A DNA stretch of 64,000 nt from Andalucia godoyi And28 (lineage: Eukaryota; Protista; Jakobida): the NCBI GenBank assembly GCA_009859145.1, contig VRVR01000028.1, positions 250,057 through 314,056 of the forward strand. The letters run 5' to 3'. The notes beneath the pieces were generated by a model. The model made no database searches and was not told the DNA's origin. It saw only the letters and a list, made by a program, of their open reading frames with translations. Every line of letters begins with the position of its first letter. The first letter of the stretch is position 1. The translations under genes were made by a program, and so were the position numbers. Shown here one piece after another: positions 1 to 10,567 of the stretch.

Positions 1-1795
1 CACTGGGGGCACCCGCAGATGGCAGCGGGGCACCCTCCTTTCTGCTTGCAAGCGCATCGGAAGAGTGCGGAGCTCCCGATTCTGCTGCGTCAACTGATGC
101 AGATGCAGAGGTAGACGTAGAGGTCGTTGGAGGCGGAGCAGCAAACATGGCAAGCAGATCTCGGAATTCAGAAGGGATCTCAGTAAGTGTCCAAAGTTCG
201 TTTTCGATAAGCAGTGAGAGATCGGCCATTCGTTTGGAATGGAAGGTGTCCGTAAAGGCCCTCATCTGCGCCAACAAGACATTTCCGACAATCTGCTTGG
301 GAAGAGAAAGGGATTTCTCGGAAGACATCAGAATGACACCCGAAGAATCCGCGTCTCGGGTCATCAGCGAAACAACACGCTGATTGAAGTCCTCGACAGT
401 TTTCAGGAGCTTCAGCCAGACTGCAAGAGCCATTCGCGCATGAGCTTCCTGCCTTCTTGATAACATTGACGCAAGTTGCTCGTAGGCTTCCTGAATGATG
501 CGCTGCGATGCATCCGAAACAGACTTGTTGAACCAAGTATTCAGCTCGTCTTCGGATGAATCTGACGACATGAGGAACTTGAACGATCGCACAACCGTTC
601 GAAACCGATCGAGCACGCCGACAACTACTTCTGTCGCAGAGCTGAATACAAACTCGAATTGGTCCCATGTGAACGATGCAATGTCCGTTTTGGAAGCAGA
701 TGTCGAACTGTCCGATACCACCAAACAGGCGCAGTCTGCAACAGCCTTTCGAAACGAAAATTCTAGGCGGTCTGTGTGTGCCTGGAAAATGCGGGCAACC
801 AACGCCATAAAGTCTGAGGAGTTTGCAAACAGGACAGCAAACAAGGACGGATCAATTTCTTCGTCTGCTGCCTTCTCGCTCGAGTAGATGCGATAGCAGT
901 CCTCCACAACGTCCTTATACATCTTTTGCCGCAGCACTCGCAAACTGCTCAGTAACATTTTTGAGATCTCCAATTGAGACAATTCTTCTCTCAATACCAA
1001 CATCGAATGCTCAATCATGTCAAATGCAGACAAGTAGTCTTTTCGCGAATACAGGTACGTCACCGTCTTCATTGCATCGTGAATCGCAGAGAGCTTGGAG
1101 AGCAAGCCATGGATAGAGTACAGAACATCGCGCTTTCTCCGAAGGTGCAGAACAAGCATCATCTGCTCGACATGATTGGTATGCAAGCTTTCGAGTGACG
1201 CACGCATGTCCTTGATAACATCCGAGATTGAGTTGACGAGGCCAAGAAGGTCCCGATAGAGTGCCGCTGCTTGGTAGAACTCGTCTGCCTTCAGCGACAC
1301 GTGTCTGGCCAGCACGACTTCCACTTGATCCAGATAGTACGACAGCACCTCTGCAGACTGGACAGCCAAGTTTGAAAAGACCCGTTCCGATGACAAGTCT
1401 ATGATCGGCGCAAAATACTCTGCAGGAACAATTTCGTGAATCTTCCTCGCCATTTCGTCTACTTGAGGATTTTCATAATGTGACTTAAGGCGCTTGAACT
1501 CCTCAACATGCCTCTTGAACCGATCGTACGAATCGCCCAACCGCGTCAAGTATGAATGAAATGCAGTGATATCAATCGCACGAGCCAGATCGGGCTGCTT
1601 CGCAGCCCTTGAATCCACAGCGGAAGAAGAACCAACAGAACCACCGTATTCGGTCCAAATATCCGTGATGAACTCCTCGAGCGAGAATGTCGAAGGAGGC
1701 GTCATTGCATCCACTGTCGCCGTCAAGCTGAACGAGCGCTTCGCAAACGACGTAAAGGACATCCAAGGCTCCGGCGCCAACGGTCGATTCGCCAT
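1..1795 (-). CDS. VPS54: Vps54 (GARP complex subunit), 3' end runs off the window
   Basis: Missing from the ORF track because there is no stop inside the window. Translated by hand from ATG at 1795; spot checks in the same frame near 2-60 and 420-460 were open. Contains VLSYYLDQVEVVLARHVSLKADEFY, matching the Vps54 N-terminal motif LSHYLDxVEV...SLRSEAFF. Confidence 0.85.
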   Translation of the reverse strand, partial: MANRPLAPEPWMSFTSFAKRSFSLTATVDAMTPPSTFSLEEFITDIWTEYGGSVGSSSAVDSRAAKQPDLARAIDITAFHSYLTRLGDSYDRFKRHVEEFKRLKSHYENPQVDEMARKIHEIVPAEYFAPIIDLSSERVFSNLAVQSAEVLSYYLDQVEVVLARHVSLKADEFYQAAALYRDLLGLVNSISDVIKDMRASLESLHTNHVEQMMLVLHLRRKRDVLYSIHGLLSKLSAIHDAMKTVTYLYSRKDYLSAFDMIEHSMLVLREELSQLEISKMLLSSLRVLRQKMYKDVVEDCYRIYSSEKAADEEIDPSLFAVLFANSSDFMALVARIFQAHTDRLEFSFRKAVADCACLVVSDSSTSASKTDIASFTWDQFEFVFSSATEVVVGVLDRFRTVVRSFKFLMSSDSSEDELNTWFNKSVSDASQRIIQEAYEQLASMLSRRQEAHARMALAVWLKLLKTVEDFNQRVVSLMTRDADSSGVILMSSEKSLSLPKQIVGNVLLAQMRAFTDTFHSKRMADLSLLIENELWTLTEIPSEFRDLLAMFAAPPPTTSTSTSASASVDAAESGAPHSSDALASRKEGAPLPSAGAPS

Positions 1796-2117
1796 CCCTT
1801 CCTTCTTTCCTTCCCCCGTTTGGATCGCAGCGAGGTCAACCTGTCGTAGTCTCCGGTCTTCTGCTTCCGTCGCTGCGCTTCAGAAGAAGCACCGACTCTC
1901 AAGACAGGACAAAGACAAGAATCACGATTGCGCAACGTTTGGTTATGATCGTATTTTCCTGCTTTTTTTTTAAAAAAAGATCAAATTGAATGACACTCAT
2001 TAATTAATTCATATTACTATTTCGAATTAAAAAATCATTAATTGTTCAGTTCAAGTTTTCCTTTTTTCCTTTAGGGTTTTTTTGGTCATTTGAGGCTGGG
2101 AGGCTATGCAGCCGCTG

Positions 2118-2577
2118 AATAATAACACGTCATTGTCATGCATGCGGATGGAAGTATACATAAGCAGACATGGTCGACACTGGCCGACGCTAGCACGTTT
2201 GTTTCACACGAATTCGTGCTTACGCACGCTCGGCCAAAATTCAGCCGGTGACACAGGCTCCGCATTTTCGACGCTCTTTAACGCAGCATCCGTAGCCATC
2301 TATCATTCTATCATTCGTTGGTCCGGTTTTTTGGTTTCACTTTTTGCAGCGTTTGTTCCATAAGGCGACCGAGTATCGCGAGCGGCGCAAGCAAAGTATT
2401 TGCACGTCCCGCGTATAGCTCACAGATTGATCGAGATTGGGAACGGAGCGCGGAACATCTATCTGAAGAACGCAGAGAGGTGTGTTGGGGGGCCTATCCC
2501 CTTCCCGGCAGCGGGATGCAAGATTGAATATGCATGTCTCTTCGTAGTTATGCATACTCAGTGTATAATGTAGGCGA
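2118..2577. repeat. Dispersed repeat family A, copy 1
   Basis: About 2118-2225 and 2410-2577 align by eye with 24377-24480 and 24640-24820 (e.g. gctcacagattgatcgaga..ggagcgcggaacatctatctgaagaacgc; gtataatgtaggcg). The middles differ. Confidence 0.85.
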
Positions 2578-2605
2578 GCATGTGGTTTTATGATTATGAT
2601 TATTT

Positions 2606-4747
2606 TTACGCCTGCTTGGAAGCAGCACCACCACGTTCTAGGTCAATTTCCTTTGCAAGCTGGTCGATTTTGTTGAACTGCCATGGCCAGCGCACATTGT
2701 AGAGGAACTGCCTAAGATCAAAGCGGTTGTCCTCAGGCGAATAGTTCTCTGCGTGGTAAGACGGAGTGAGGGTCGTCATCTTGTGGCGATTGATCGAGTA
2801 AAACTTGAAAAAGTGCTTGACCTTTTCCGCGACAGCCGTTGCAGGCAGTGAATTCCACTTGTATGCCAATGTCTTGAACATGGATACCGGTCCCTGACGC
2901 CCGATCTTCCTGAGCCGTCCATAGATAGAGAGCTCTTCGTACGACATTCCCATGTCTTCCTCGTCCGTCTGGACATACGAGTCGGTGATCGGCCGAAGCT
3001 CTGCTGTGGGCGGCGCAGTTTCGACATCAAGCAGAGAAGGATATCCGAGATTGGCTCCCGCCCAGCGCAAGAAGCGCTTGATGTCGACCTTGGAAATAGA
3101 TCCAATGGGGTTCACATCTGCAGAGGAGCAATCGTACTTTGTCATGTATCCTCTAAGCCCCTCGTCGACGTTCGCAGATCCCAAGACCAGCAACGCACCC
3201 TGTCCTCCACGCACCCAAGGGATGAGCTGGGCGAAAAAGTACGACATGACCATTCGGATGCGGGCTTGAATATTCTGAAGAGCCAAATCCTCCGCGGCCG
3301 ACCCTCCATGAACTGCAAACTTCGGCACTCGGCCCGTTGCAGCAGTAAAGAATGCAAGAATGGCGGATATGATCACGTCAATCGAGGTGCTCATGTGATA
3401 TGCTCCAATTTCCTCGCTGAGCTTCTTGGCTCGGTCGCGCGTTTCTTTAGATGAATTCTCCGTTCCCCAATACACAGTGCAAAAGATGCGGTTCGCCACA
3501 TCCTTCGGATCGCTCGGGATATACTCTGGACCCTGTTTCGTGATGCGCTGGATGTCCCCAAGCACAGTCTGTGTCCCGGCCTGGCATTCCTTGACGATCA
3601 ACTGGCACATGCATCCGATGATCGCGGCGGTGGACGACGAGTCGGCACCACCCGATAGGGGCAGGAAGAAACCGGCGACACCGCAGCGACGCAAGTAGTC
3701 CCACAACCAGCACGCTGGACCATACGCAATCTCTTCTTCTGGAAGCAAGTACTTCACGGGCACCGCGTCGGAAAAGAACGCACCAGTTGCTGCATTCCAC
3801 GAGGGTCGTGAAGTTGTCAGCGCGGCGTTCACGTGGATGCGCAAAAGAGGCGATGGCGCAGCTGCTGCCTGGAAACCACGGGAAGCAGATCCGTTGCGAT
3901 ATTCGATGATGCTATCGAGATCCACGGTTGCTGTGATAATTTCCGAGTCCTTGAGCGAAAACTGCGATCCTTGGGCCAGCAGTTGTCCGTTCAAAAACAC
4001 CATGGAGGAGCCATCATAGTACAACCGTCCTCCGTCACAGCCCTTTTGGTTCGCATAGAGGTACAGTCCACCTGCCTTTGCCGTAGCAGAACGTAGTAAC
4101 TCCACACGAGTGTCCAGCTTCCGCAACTGGTGATGCGATCCTGAGCCATTTCCAATGATTTCCGCTCCGTCCAAGAACAACTGGATGTGTGGAGCATCCG
4201 GAGTAAACAGCTCCTCACAAGTTTCTGTCCCAAAGGACGTATCCGTGAATTGCAGCACAGCGCAACCAAAGGGAACGCTGGAAGGATGGTCTGCAGGGCA
4301 TGCACTGCGAACCACAGAAGGCAATGCGATCGGCTCCGTGGTGTATCCACCTTGCCAGGCTACAAAGTACCGCATCTCACGGTAATTTCCGTCCTGCGCC
4401 AGGAACAACTTTGGGCGAATGAGCAAAATACGGCGATTATAGACGTACACGCGGCAATTGTAGCGAACCGAACGATGGATTACACACATTCCGATGTCGC
4501 AAAGGATGCCGTCGGTTGCATCCGTTGCCATGATAGCCGCAAGGCTTTCCCAGGAATGTTCATACGTATCCGGCTCAAGAAAATGGTCTTCACAGCCATA
4601 TCCGGAAAGCTCAAGCTCAGGGCCAATTCGATACGACGCCCCACGACGCTTGGCTTCTCGAATTGAATCCAGCGTTCGCGTCAAGTTGCCTTCAAAATCC
4701 AGGGCCCATTGGTTGAGATTGCATGTTGCAACGGTGATCACTCGCAT
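2606..4747 (-). CDS. NADSYN1: Glutamine-dependent NAD+ synthetase (nitrilase domain + NAD synthetase)
   Basis: 713 aa; N-terminal VATCNLNQWALDFEGN, GPELELSGYGCEDHF, ETCEEL, SGGADS ATP loop, NIQARIR, TKYDCSSAD. Confidence 0.97.
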   Translation of the reverse strand: MRVITVATCNLNQWALDFEGNLTRTLDSIREAKRRGASYRIGPELELSGYGCEDHFLEPDTYEHSWESLAAIMATDATDGILCDIGMCVIHRSVRYNCRVYVYNRRILLIRPKLFLAQDGNYREMRYFVAWQGGYTTEPIALPSVVRSACPADHPSSVPFGCAVLQFTDTSFGTETCEELFTPDAPHIQLFLDGAEIIGNGSGSHHQLRKLDTRVELLRSATAKAGGLYLYANQKGCDGGRLYYDGSSMVFLNGQLLAQGSQFSLKDSEIITATVDLDSIIEYRNGSASRGFQAAAAPSPLLRIHVNAALTTSRPSWNAATGAFFSDAVPVKYLLPEEEIAYGPACWLWDYLRRCGVAGFFLPLSGGADSSSTAAIIGCMCQLIVKECQAGTQTVLGDIQRITKQGPEYIPSDPKDVANRIFCTVYWGTENSSKETRDRAKKLSEEIGAYHMSTSIDVIISAILAFFTAATGRVPKFAVHGGSAAEDLALQNIQARIRMVMSYFFAQLIPWVRGGQGALLVLGSANVDEGLRGYMTKYDCSSADVNPIGSISKVDIKRFLRWAGANLGYPSLLDVETAPPTAELRPITDSYVQTDEEDMGMSYEELSIYGRLRKIGRQGPVSMFKTLAYKWNSLPATAVAEKVKHFFKFYSINRHKMTTLTPSYHAENYSPEDNRFDLRQFLYNVRWPWQFNKIDQLAKEIDLERGGAASKQA

Positions 4748-4780
4748 CTTTTGCCCTTTCCTTGGTGGATGAAGCAGAAT

Positions 4781-4890
4781 GAGAGACAGAGAGACAGTGA
4801 GACAGTGAGAGACAGAGAGAGACAGTAAGAGACAGTGAGAGAGAGAAACAGAGAAACAAAGAGAGAAACAGAGAGAAAGAGAAAGAGAAA
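4781..4890 (+). repeat. Degenerate GA-rich tandem repeat (GAGACAGTGA/GAGACAGAGA-like units)
   Basis: Seen directly, upstream of the NADSYN1 start. Confidence 0.8.
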
Positions 4891-5316
4891 ATAAATAAAT
4901 AAATAATACAGAAGAAGGAAAATTACTGTCTTTTCTTCAAATAATTATTTGAAAATGCTTTGCTTGCCAAAGCGAAACGATACACAAGATAATGAGCAAC
5001 ACAGACCAGATTCCACAGCGACAGGTGTTGCCGGATAATGCGCAAAAAAGTGACAGCAGTCTGGAAAGGGTGACAGACACTCGCTTCTGTGGTGACCGAT
5101 ACAGTACATTATTTCGTCAAGTCAAGCGATGCATTTTAATGCAAGAGTTAAAATTTAAAAAAGAATCACCACACAAGACGAACGGACCGTTTAAAAAACG
5201 TTCAACAATTTAAGAAAACCACCCCTGTTTTTTTTTGTTTTGGAAAGAACAGTCGTTTCATGAGCGAGCCGCCGACGAAAAGCCAGACCATCAATTCGTA
5301 ATTGACAGAAATTTCT

Positions 5317-6390
5317 TTACAAAAGACACGTGGTTTCGAAAACCATTGCAGGAATCAGGTACGGGTCACAGTTGGAGGCCGGGCGTCTGTCCTCGAGGTA
5401 TCCCTTTTGGAGGCGCTCGGAGTCACGGGGAACACGGATTGACGCACCGCGGTTGGCAACACCCCAGGAGAATCTGTCCATGGGCGCGGTTTCGTGGCGT
5501 CCGGTCAAGCGACGCTCGTTTCCTTCACCATATGCAGTGATGTGCTGTGCATGGCGCTGTCCGAGCTTTTCGCAAGCCTCGACAATGTACTTCCAGCCAC
5601 CGTCCTCACGCATGGGCTTGGTGGAAAAGTTCGTGTGGCAGCCGGAGCCGTTCCAGTCACCAGGAATGGGCTTGGGGTCCAGCGAAACACGGACACCAAA
5701 GTCCTCGGCAACACGGTTCAGCAAGTAACGGGCACACAAGAGCTGGTCACCCATGTCAAGTCCCAGCACTGGTCCGACCTGGAACTCCCACTGGCCAGGC
5801 ATAACCTCTCCGTTGATTCCGGAGATCTGGATGCCCGCATTCAAGCAGCAGCGATAGTGCGCCTCGACGATTTCACGGCCAAATGCATTCTCTGCACCGA
5901 CCGAGCAGTAGTAGGGACCCTGTTCACCGGGGTATCCGCCTTTGGGCCATCCCAGAGGCCAGTTGTCGGCCGAGAAGAGGGCGAACTCCTGCTCCATTCC
6001 AAACCAAGGCTCGAGCTCCTTCTTCTGTGCAAACACGCGCTCCGCAAAGACGCGGGTGTTTCCAGGCAGCGGAGTCATGTCTGGCTTGTAGCAATCGCAG
6101 ATGACAATCACATTGTCACCACCGCGGAACGGGTCCTTGAAAATGCGCTGGGGCTTCAGAAGAACCTCGGAGTCATTTCCGGGGGCCTGACCAGTCGACG
6201 AGCCATCGAAGTTCCAGATGGGAAGCGCCTCGGGAGTGGCGGGCACAGACTTGGGAACAGTCTTGCACTTGGATCGGATATCACGACCAGATCCGCCAAC
6301 CCACACATACTCCGCCTGGTAAACATCCAGGTTGATCGAGAGCTGCATGTAGCGGTCACGGAGGGCCTTGTCCAAAACGACGGTCGACAT
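5317..6390 (-). CDS. GLUL: Glutamine synthetase type II, no evident targeting peptide
   Basis: 357 aa; [74 protein letters not shown]. Confidence 0.98.
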   Translation of the reverse strand: MSTVVLDKALRDRYMQLSINLDVYQAEYVWVGGSGRDIRSKCKTVPKSVPATPEALPIWNFDGSSTGQAPGNDSEVLLKPQRIFKDPFRGGDNVIVICDCYKPDMTPLPGNTRVFAERVFAQKKELEPWFGMEQEFALFSADNWPLGWPKGGYPGEQGPYYCSVGAENAFGREIVEAHYRCCLNAGIQISGINGEVMPGQWEFQVGPVLGLDMGDQLLCARYLLNRVAEDFGVRVSLDPKPIPGDWNGSGCHTNFSTKPMREDGGWKYIVEACEKLGQRHAQHITAYGEGNERRLTGRHETAPMDRFSWGVANRGASIRVPRDSERLQKGYLEDRRPASNCDPYLIPAMVFETTCLL

Positions 6391-6456
6391 TTGCTGAGAT
6401 ATTTTTTTTCCTCCTATGTTCTTTCGGATTGAAAAGATATAAAAATCCCACGATTG

Positions 6457-6535
<79 letters not shown>

Positions 6536-6685
6536 ACAAAGGAAGAAAAGGAAGGGGAAAAGTTGGAGCGAAGACGTCAGAGGCTTTGAGGATTTTGAAA
6601 TTGATTTTGGTGCGAAACTCGGGGAAAAGAGGGTTCATCGTGCGGAAATGGGGCCCGGCATCTGGTGCGTACACGCTGCAAACGG
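6391..6685. promoter_or_regulatory. Candidate bidirectional promoter between GLUL (-) and glutaminase (+), containing (GA)n at 6474-6530
   Basis: Genes are divergent. If the 5'UTR intron at 6686-7070 is real, both transcription starts must fall in this ~300-bp interval. Inferred from layout. Confidence 0.55.
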
Positions 6686-7070
6686 GTAAGGCTTATGTGA
6701 AGGGCAGGTCTCTGGGGTTCTTCGGAATCCAGAGATTCTGCATGCAGCAGCAAGATTGGTGTTGATGCTCCTGCGGATGGAAAGCTCAGCTCCACCAGGA
6801 ATACCAAATTAGGCAATTGCTCGCATCTCTGCGAGTGCCAACGGAATCTCCGACATCCCAAAAATATATAAAGAAATCCCCCCCCTCGGCTGACTGCTCT
6901 GGCTCGTGTCGCCCTTTCCCACACAAATACAATCCGCCCAGCCGTCACGGGCGAATGGGGTCAGCCGCAGAATTTTAGTTTCTTAATTTTCTTTATCATT
7001 AAACATAAAATAATTATCATTATAAAACTCTTTTTCTCTTTTCTTTTCATTTTCTTTCCTCCTCCTCCAG
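6686..7070 (+). other. Putative 5'UTR intron of the glutaminase gene
   Basis: GG|GTAAG donor at 6686; long pyrimidine tract ending CCAG at 7070, 11 nt before the ATG at 7082. Confidence 0.6.
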
Positions 7071-7081
7071 TCCTTCGCTGG

Positions 7082-10000
7082 ATGTTCCGTACTGCTTCTG
7101 CTTTTTTCCTCTCGTCTTCCTCCGTTTGCACCCGGTTTGCTTCATCCGCGAAACCAGTTTCCTCGTATCTTCTGAAACTACAAGGCTGCACGCTCGCTCC
7201 CGTAACCCACCCTGCGTCGCTATCGCCTTTACCGACCTCGAACTTCTTCCCAACGACTATGGTGAAGCACTCTTCTTCGCAAGCTGCGCTGGATGCACTC
7301 CGCCAGACCCGTCGGGCAACGGCACCAGTCACCTCAGCCGACGAAGCGCTGTACAACAGGATTTCTGCTGTGTCACCGAACGGCAAAGTCACCGTTCGCT
7401 CTGTGATCCAAGTGCTCGAGAAGCTAGGAATCCGCGTGCTCTCCGACGAGCGGCTGGCACCTATTTTTGCACCGCTGCTCACATCCGACGACCCCGTGCT
7501 GGAACTTGCGGACCTGGTTTCGTTGGAGCGAAAATCCCTGTTGGTGGAGCGTGCATTGCACGGACTGTTGGTGATTCCGGATTGGTCGGCATTTACTGCG
7601 GACATTGCGGACATTGCAAACAGGGTTGCCGGAAACAAGAGTGGTGACGTGGCACGGTACATTCCGCAGCTGGCTCGAGTGAATCCAGAGCAGTTTGGAG
7701 TTTCCGTGTGTTCCGTAGACGGGCAGCGATTTTCAGTGGGTCAGTCGAACGTGCCTTTTTGCGTGCAGTCGTGCTCCAAGGTTATCACCTATTGCATGGC
7801 CCTCGAGGAGCACGGAGAAGAAACAGTGCACAAGCACATTGGACGTGAGCCTTCGGGCAGAAACTTCAACGAGCTTGTACTGAACAAAGACAAGCTGCCA
7901 CACAACCCGTATATCAATTCAGGTGCCATCATGGCAGTCTCGCTAATCCATCCTTCGCTCCCCTGGCATGAACGGATCGACCGAACATTCAAGACTTGGT
8001 CCGATCTCGCAGGACATACGCCAATCTCGTTTGATAATGCAACCTACCTCTCCGAGTCGTCGACTGCGGATCGCAACTTCACGCTTGGCTACATGATGAA
8101 GGAAGCTGGTAAGTTCCCAGAAGGGTCCGTTCTCGAGGAAGTGCTGAACTTTTATTTCATGATGTGCTCCATCGAAAACACTGGAGAGCAGATGGCCACG
8201 ATCGCGGCGACGCTTGCCAACGGTGGTGTTTGCCCGATCACGGGACAGCGCGTGTTCCAAGAGACCACTGTCCGTAACGCGCTGTCTCTGATGAGCTCGT
8301 GCGGGATGTATGATTACTCGGGGGAGTTTGCATTCTCCGTTGGATTTCCTTCCAAGTCCGGAGTGGCAGGATCTTTGATGGTATGCATCCCGGGAGTCGG
8401 TGGATTTTGCACGTGGTCCCCGCGGCTGGACAAGCTGGGGAACTCTGTGCGCGGAATTGACTTTTGCCGCGAACTGTCCGCACGCTACAACTTTCATACG
8501 TTCGATTCGATTGACGACGGATCGAACGGAGCCACCAGCAAGAACAAACAGCTGACTTCCGTGGGCGGAAAGAGTATCAAGAAGGACCCTCGACACAAGT
8601 CCCAGAAGGATTCCCGCGTCGACGAGGTTTCGCAAATGCTGTATGCTGCGTCCGTTGGCGATACAATGCGCCTGCTGCAGCTGTTTGCTCGAGGAGCAAG
8701 CTTGGAGTCCGCGGACTATGACGGCCGAACTGCCCTGCATTTGGCTGCCTCGGAGGGACACATCGAAGCCGTTCAGTATGTTCTTACCAAGGTGTCCAAC
8801 ATCAGCCCCCTGGATCGGTTCGGAAACACTCCTCTGGACGATGCTCACCGCCACGGCCATCTCGAGGTTGCGGCTCTTATTCAAGAGTCTGTCAAGGATG
8901 GCGCACGGCAGATCCCGAAATTCAAGGCTGAAGAGGAACGATTCTTGTTTGCAATCGATTTGGGTGGCAACGGAACAGTTTCCCGAAGAGAGTTTAGGCA
9001 TGTCTTCGAGGTTTGCGGCCTGGCACTCGCGAACCATCCGCAGATTGCAGCATGTTTCAACAAAACTTTTGGAGACTCGGCTATGAATGGATCCATTCTG
9101 GACGACAGTCATCTGGACCTTCCGGTGACCGAACAGGACTTCAGAAAGTTGCTGTCGCCATCAAACGGGAACGCAGCTGCCGTCATTCACAAGGTGCTAA
9201 CGGGCACCCTGGTCGTTCCGGATTTTGCTTCTTTGGAAAAGGACCTCAGGCGCATCTATGGTCGCGTTCAATCTGTGAATCATGCTGCAGAGAACGCAAA
9301 GAATGCTGCGTACATTCCCCAGTTGGCATCGGTGGATCCGGATGTGTTCGGAGCTGCAGTGTGCACTGTGGATGGCCAGAGATGCTTCATGGGAGACGCG
9401 CACGTACCATTCACAATGCAGCATTGCGCAAACGTTCTTACGTACTGTGCTGCGTTGGAGTCCAAAGGAGAAGATGTTGTGCACGAGAAAGTTGGTCGGG
9501 AGCCGTCTGGTCTCGTCGGAGATCATCTGACGCTGAACCACAAGAACCGTCCTCACAACCCATTCACCAATGCGGGGGCTCTTGCCTGCGGCTCTTTCTT
9601 GTATGAAAAGGAGCCCCTTGCGGACCGCTACGATCATATGATGCAGTTGGCGCGCCAGAGCACCGGTTTCCGAGACGAGAACAAGAGCACCTCTGGCCAC
9701 ATTGGGTTTTCTCTGTCGGTCTTTGTTGCCGAGTACAACCATTCTGACCGCAACAAGTGCCTTCTTTACCACATGCGCGAAAAGGGCGTTTTCGAGGGAA
9801 CTGCCAATCTGGACGAGTTTCTTCAGCTATACTTGATGATGTGCTCCCTCGAGATGGACTGCGCCTCCATGTCTGTTTTTGCGGCCACGTTGGCCTCCGG
9901 AGGAATTTGTCCGATTACTGGCGAGCGTGTGTTCCAAAACTCAACGGTTCGTGCTGCCTTGTCACTCATGGCCTCGTGCGGCATGTATGATTTCTCTGGA

Positions 10001-10567
10001 GAATGGGCGTTTGCCATTGGTGTTCCTGCCGTCGCAGGAGCCTCGGGTGCCCTCATGTTGGTCATCCCGGGAGTCATGGGCATTGCGCTGCTCTCGCCTC
10101 CCCTGAACAGCTCCAAGATATCTGCGCGCGGTGTTGCATTCTCCCGTATGCTTACTGACTCGTATGCGTTCCATGCATTTGATGCTGCCGCCGCAACTGC
10201 ATCCGGAACATCGGTCAAGAAGGACCCGCGCATCTGGAGACTGGTTCCTTCTCTTGCGGACGTGTCGCTGCTTTGCGCTGCGGCTGCTCAAGACGATGTC
10301 CCGGAGGTTCGCAGACTGCTTGCTCGCAGAATTAATGTCAATGCAGGTGACTATGATGGTCGTACGGCTCTTCATGTTGCCGCCTCCGCTGGCCATGAGG
10401 CGACTGTCCTGGTGCTTCTCAACTACGGCGCCGACCCGCTTGTTCGTGATCGCTGGGGAGCAACGCCACTGGATGATTCTCGAAACAACGGGTTCGAGGT
10501 TTGTGTCGCAGCCATGGAGAGCTCGCTGGTGCACTCTTCCGATGCCAAGAAGCGAATCGGTGTGTAG
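7082..10567 (+). CDS. GLS: Animal-type glutaminase with tandem [EF-hand-like/glutaminase/ankyrin] x2 architecture and probable mitochondrial presequence
   Basis: Module 1: YIPQLA, FCVQSCSK, GREPSG, PHNPYINSGA, CGMYDYSG, KSGVAG, DYDGRTALH. Module 2 repeats these but has QHCAN in place of QSCSK. N-terminus is R/S/F-rich with no acidic residues. Confidence 0.95.
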   Translation: MFRTASAFFLSSSSVCTRFASSAKPVSSYLLKLQGCTLAPVTHPASLSPLPTSNFFPTTMVKHSSSQAALDALRQTRRATAPVTSADEALYNRISAVSPNGKVTVRSVIQVLEKLGIRVLSDERLAPIFAPLLTSDDPVLELADLVSLERKSLLVERALHGLLVIPDWSAFTADIADIANRVAGNKSGDVARYIPQLARVNPEQFGVSVCSVDGQRFSVGQSNVPFCVQSCSKVITYCMALEEHGEETVHKHIGREPSGRNFNELVLNKDKLPHNPYINSGAIMAVSLIHPSLPWHERIDRTFKTWSDLAGHTPISFDNATYLSESSTADRNFTLGYMMKEAGKFPEGSVLEEVLNFYFMMCSIENTGEQMATIAATLANGGVCPITGQRVFQETTVRNALSLMSSCGMYDYSGEFAFSVGFPSKSGVAGSLMVCIPGVGGFCTWSPRLDKLGNSVRGIDFCRELSARYNFHTFDSIDDGSNGATSKNKQLTSVGGKSIKKDPRHKSQKDSRVDEVSQMLYAASVGDTMRLLQLFARGASLESADYDGRTALHLAASEGHIEAVQYVLTKVSNISPLDRFGNTPLDDAHRHGHLEVAALIQESVKDGARQIPKFKAEEERFLFAIDLGGNGTVSRREFRHVFEVCGLALANHPQIAACFNKTFGDSAMNGSILDDSHLDLPVTEQDFRKLLSPSNGNAAAVIHKVLTGTLVVPDFASLEKDLRRIYGRVQSVNHAAENAKNAAYIPQLASVDPDVFGAAVCTVDGQRCFMGDAHVPFTMQHCANVLTYCAALESKGEDVVHEKVGREPSGLVGDHLTLNHKNRPHNPFTNAGALACGSFLYEKEPLADRYDHMMQLARQSTGFRDENKSTSGHIGFSLSVFVAEYNHSDRNKCLLYHMREKGVFEGTANLDEFLQLYLMMCSLEMDCASMSVFAATLASGGICPITGERVFQNSTVRAALSLMASCGMYDFSGEWAFAIGVPAVAGASGALMLVIPGVMGIALLSPPLNSSKISARGVAFSRMLTDSYAFHAFDAAAATASGTSVKKDPRIWRLVPSLADVSLLCAAAAQDDVPEVRRLLARRINVNAGDYDGRTALHVAASAGHEATVLVLLNYGADPLVRDRWGATPLDDSRNNGFEVCVAAMESSLVHSSDAKKRIGV

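Noticed and set aside
5494-6432. Long antisense ORFs over GLUL, kinesin-13 (19995-20903), Myb and others
   Set aside because: Shadow frames of well-supported genes on the opposite strand, with no recognisable motifs.
6414-6765. ORFs with RE/SL repeats, and similar ORFs in K/F-rich spacers
   Set aside because: Translations of microsatellites and poly-A/T tracts.
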